A DNA stretch of 51,659 nucleotides from Mesotaenium endlicherianum (lineage: Eukaryota): NCBI GenBank assembly GCA_009602735.1, contig WELA01002665.1, positions 112,555 to 164,213 on the forward strand, in the 5' to 3' direction. Shown here piece by piece: positions 49,201 through 51,659 of this stretch. Within the stretch, counting starts at the first letter, position 1. The number at the start of each line of letters is the position of its first letter. Position numbers and translations under genes: made by a program. Below the pieces are notes generated by a model. It searched no databases. It worked only from the letters and a program-made list of their open reading frames with translations, and was not told the DNA's origin.

Positions 49201-51644
49201 GCAATGTGCGCAGCCCCCTGCCCATTCATGCCTCCAGTGTGTCCCCTGAGCTTGAGCCGGTGCTTGGAGCTGCGCCGTGCCAAACAATCAGCCGCACTCG
49301 AAACTTGAACCCCGAGACGTGTACGACATGGTGTAGTGCAAGCATGAGTGCAATTGTGAGCGCAAGTGCTAGTGCAGCTTGCCCAGTCAGCTGTGTGCTT
49401 GTGGAAAGAAAGGTGGAAGGTGTGTGGACAAGGTGCTTAATGAGGTGCATACGCTTCTGGAAACAGATGTTACGTGGCACGGGACTGAGCTGCTTGCCGC
49501 TGAGGAGGCACAAGCTGGGGAGGGCCAGGCAGTCAGCTGTAGGCCACGCGTGTTCACTTATCTTCCTCATGCATGCAGCACGCTGTGCTCTACCTAGCCT
49601 GGCAGCCAGCCAGCCAGCCAGCCAGCCAGCCAACCGTAGGGGTTGCCGGTTTCTTGTTTTTCTTCCTGACGCTGGACACTGGATATAATTGCAGCCAGTC
49701 AGACACGGACTTTGACTGTCCAGAAATGTATTGCCATGCCAAGCACACTGGAGGCTGCTGCAGCCAGGCTGCGCACTGAGACTCGAGCATTGAGAACTTA
49801 CAGGCTCCGAGAGTCGAGCAATGGGAACTCTGACCAAAGCTCCGTAGGCACAGGGTGGCGTAGGAGATGGACCATAATACGAGCCGGCAGAAGTTGGGGG
49901 ACAACAAGGTCAGACCACGGAAGGGCACTCTGCATGGGGATTGCAACTGGAGAGTGGCTGACTGCAAGGACGACAGGGAGGGACTGACTGCATGGAGACA
50001 TAGGATGCAGAGTGCTAGGACTGACCGCAAGGACTGTGAGGGAAGACTGAGACTGCAAGGAGGTAGAGTGGAGACGGAGCGCGGAGTGCTTTGTAATGTG
50101 CCGGAACGGAGCCAGTCAGTCGCGTTGCACGCTCGACGCGAGCGAGCGGGCGAGCCAGCCTCGCCAGCCTCTGTTGCTAACACCCCGTGGCCGCCGCTGC
50201 TGCTGCTGCTGCTGCTGCTGTGCAACGACGATGGTGGCGTGCGCGTGCATGCAGACGGGAGCGTCGCTGAAGCTGACAATCCTCAACCCCGCGGGACGCA
50301 TCTGGACCATGGTGGCCGGCGGCGGGGCCTCTGTCATCTACTCTGACACTGTAAGTCCTGCCCCCCCCTTCCCCTCCCACCACATTCTCTCTCCCCTCCC
50401 CATCCCACTCCCCACGCGCTATCTCACACCGGCTCTCCGCTCGCTATCCCACACCAGCCACTCTCCACTGGCTAAACTGCACCACCCGCTCCCTGCTTTC
50501 CCCACTCCCCACCTTCCCCACTCCCCGCTCTCTAGCCCAGTCCTGCTCACCTTTCCTGACTTTTCAGCCCAGCCTGGCCCAGCCCAGCCCATCGCTCCTC
50601 ACTCTTCTGTGCCCAAACAGTCCAGCATAGCAGTCAATACAGCCCGGCGCAGCCCACCCAATCGTGCTGTCTACCCCACCGTTCACATCACCCCAGGCCC
50701 CGTCATCCCTCCCACATCCACATACACCCCGTTATGCGTCACCCCACCTCACCCTACCGCAATTCACCCCAGTCCACCCCACAGCATCCCCTCACCCTCC
50801 ACCCCCTTCTCCTTTTCCTCGAGGGCGTCTGCTTTTTGCTTCTTGTGAGTCCATCACACGCAGTCTATTGCAACTCACCCTGCACCACGCAGCCCACCAC
50901 ACCCACTGTAAGCCCACGCTCTCCTGCCTCCTTCACTGCAATGCCGTTCTTATGAACTTCTAGACAAACTTTTGCTGGTTTCGACGGGGCAGGTGGGCGA
51001 CCTGGGATACGCGCACGAGCTCGGCAACTACGCCGAGTACAGCGGGGCCCCCAACGAGGAGGAGACTCTCCAGTACGCCCGCACCCTCATCGACGTAAGG
51101 CACCCTTCCCCCTCCCTGTTCTCTCTGCCTCCTTCCCTCGTCCCCCGCCCCTCGTGCATCTCTCCGCTCCCTTACGCCACTCACCACTCCCAACTCCCCA
51201 TGGCCCACTTTCCCGTTTTCCTTACCCGCTCCCCACCTCTCCCGTCCCATGCTCCACACTCCTCCCACACTTATTCCACACTCTTTATTTCTTCTCTCTT
51301 TCCTCCAGTGGCACTCTTTTCTCCTCCTTTGGAACGTCACGATCAGCGTGGTTTGGGAACAGGTGGGCCTTTTTTAGATGCCCCCATCTTTTCATACCTG
51401 TGGCAGGTCCCTCCTGTATGCCTCCTGCCTGTATGCGTGTTGTGTCCTGTCTTCATTGATGACACAAAGTTTTTTTTTCCACCCCCTTCAGACCCCTCAT
51501 CTGTGCCTCTGGTGTCCACGTGTGCAGTGTGCCACAGCCAACCCCGACGGCAAGAAGAGGGCTCTTGTGATTGGAGGAGGCATTGCCAACTTCACAGATG
51601 TTGCTGCCACGTTCAGCGGCATCATTCGTGCGCTCAGAGAGAAG
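43939..51644 (+). CDS. ACLA: ATP-citrate lyase (ATP-citrate synthase) subunit A / alpha chain, plant type; 3' end beyond window
   Basis: Exons 43939-44037 ([13 protein letters not shown]), 44488-44601 ([17 protein letters not shown]), 44979-45041, 45907-46068 (FIVEPFVPH...[11 protein letters not shown]), 46579-46659, [missing exon at N 47213], 48107-48221 ([21 protein letters not shown]), 48950-49031, 50255-50350 ([19 protein letters not shown]), 50993-51094 (NYAEYSGAP), 51528-51644 ([12 protein letters not shown]). Confidence 0.97.
46413..46520 (+). repeat. 12-bp minisatellite (TCCATYACTGGA-like) in ACLA intron
   Basis: About eight imperfect units with recurrent GGATCC. Confidence 0.75.
47918..48084 (+). 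repeat. 57-bp tandem repeat, ~3 copies, in ACLA intron
   Basis: Units start at 47918, 47975 and 48032 (GCCAACCTRGAGCTGCCAGYACTCACGCGGGGGC...TTTGTTCTGTC). Confidence 0.9.
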
Positions 51645-51659
51645 GTCCCCCCCCCCCCC

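Overview
Eukaryotic nuclear DNA, intron-rich and plant-like. A streptophyte green alga is likely, inferred from the plant-type ACLA and coilin motifs and the tRNA-iMet PBS. The first ~26 kb is a transposon stack. It starts with a decayed hAT DNA transposon (1282-8142, TIRs, 8-bp TSD). Next is a Ty3/gypsy chromovirus 'A' (8781-25865, GCCCA TSD, three LTRs) with a second, different chromovirus 'B' (10958-~19910) inserted into its protease region. Element B carries an unusual ~580-codon sense ORF between pol and the 3' LTR. That ORF is bracketed by two copies of the polypurine tract and has env-like splice signals but no transmembrane segment; it is the most novel-looking feature. Both elements show -1 ribosomal frameshift signals (slippery heptamer plus hairpin). 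28339-41444 holds ten exons of an unusually long, Glu-rich coilin gene whose first exon(s) are not in the window, so the TE stack may sit in a >28-kb intron. From 43939 to the window end is ATP-citrate lyase subunit A (ACLA), with one exon lost in an assembly gap. Several N gaps join sequence from different repeat copies, which limits structural conclusions.
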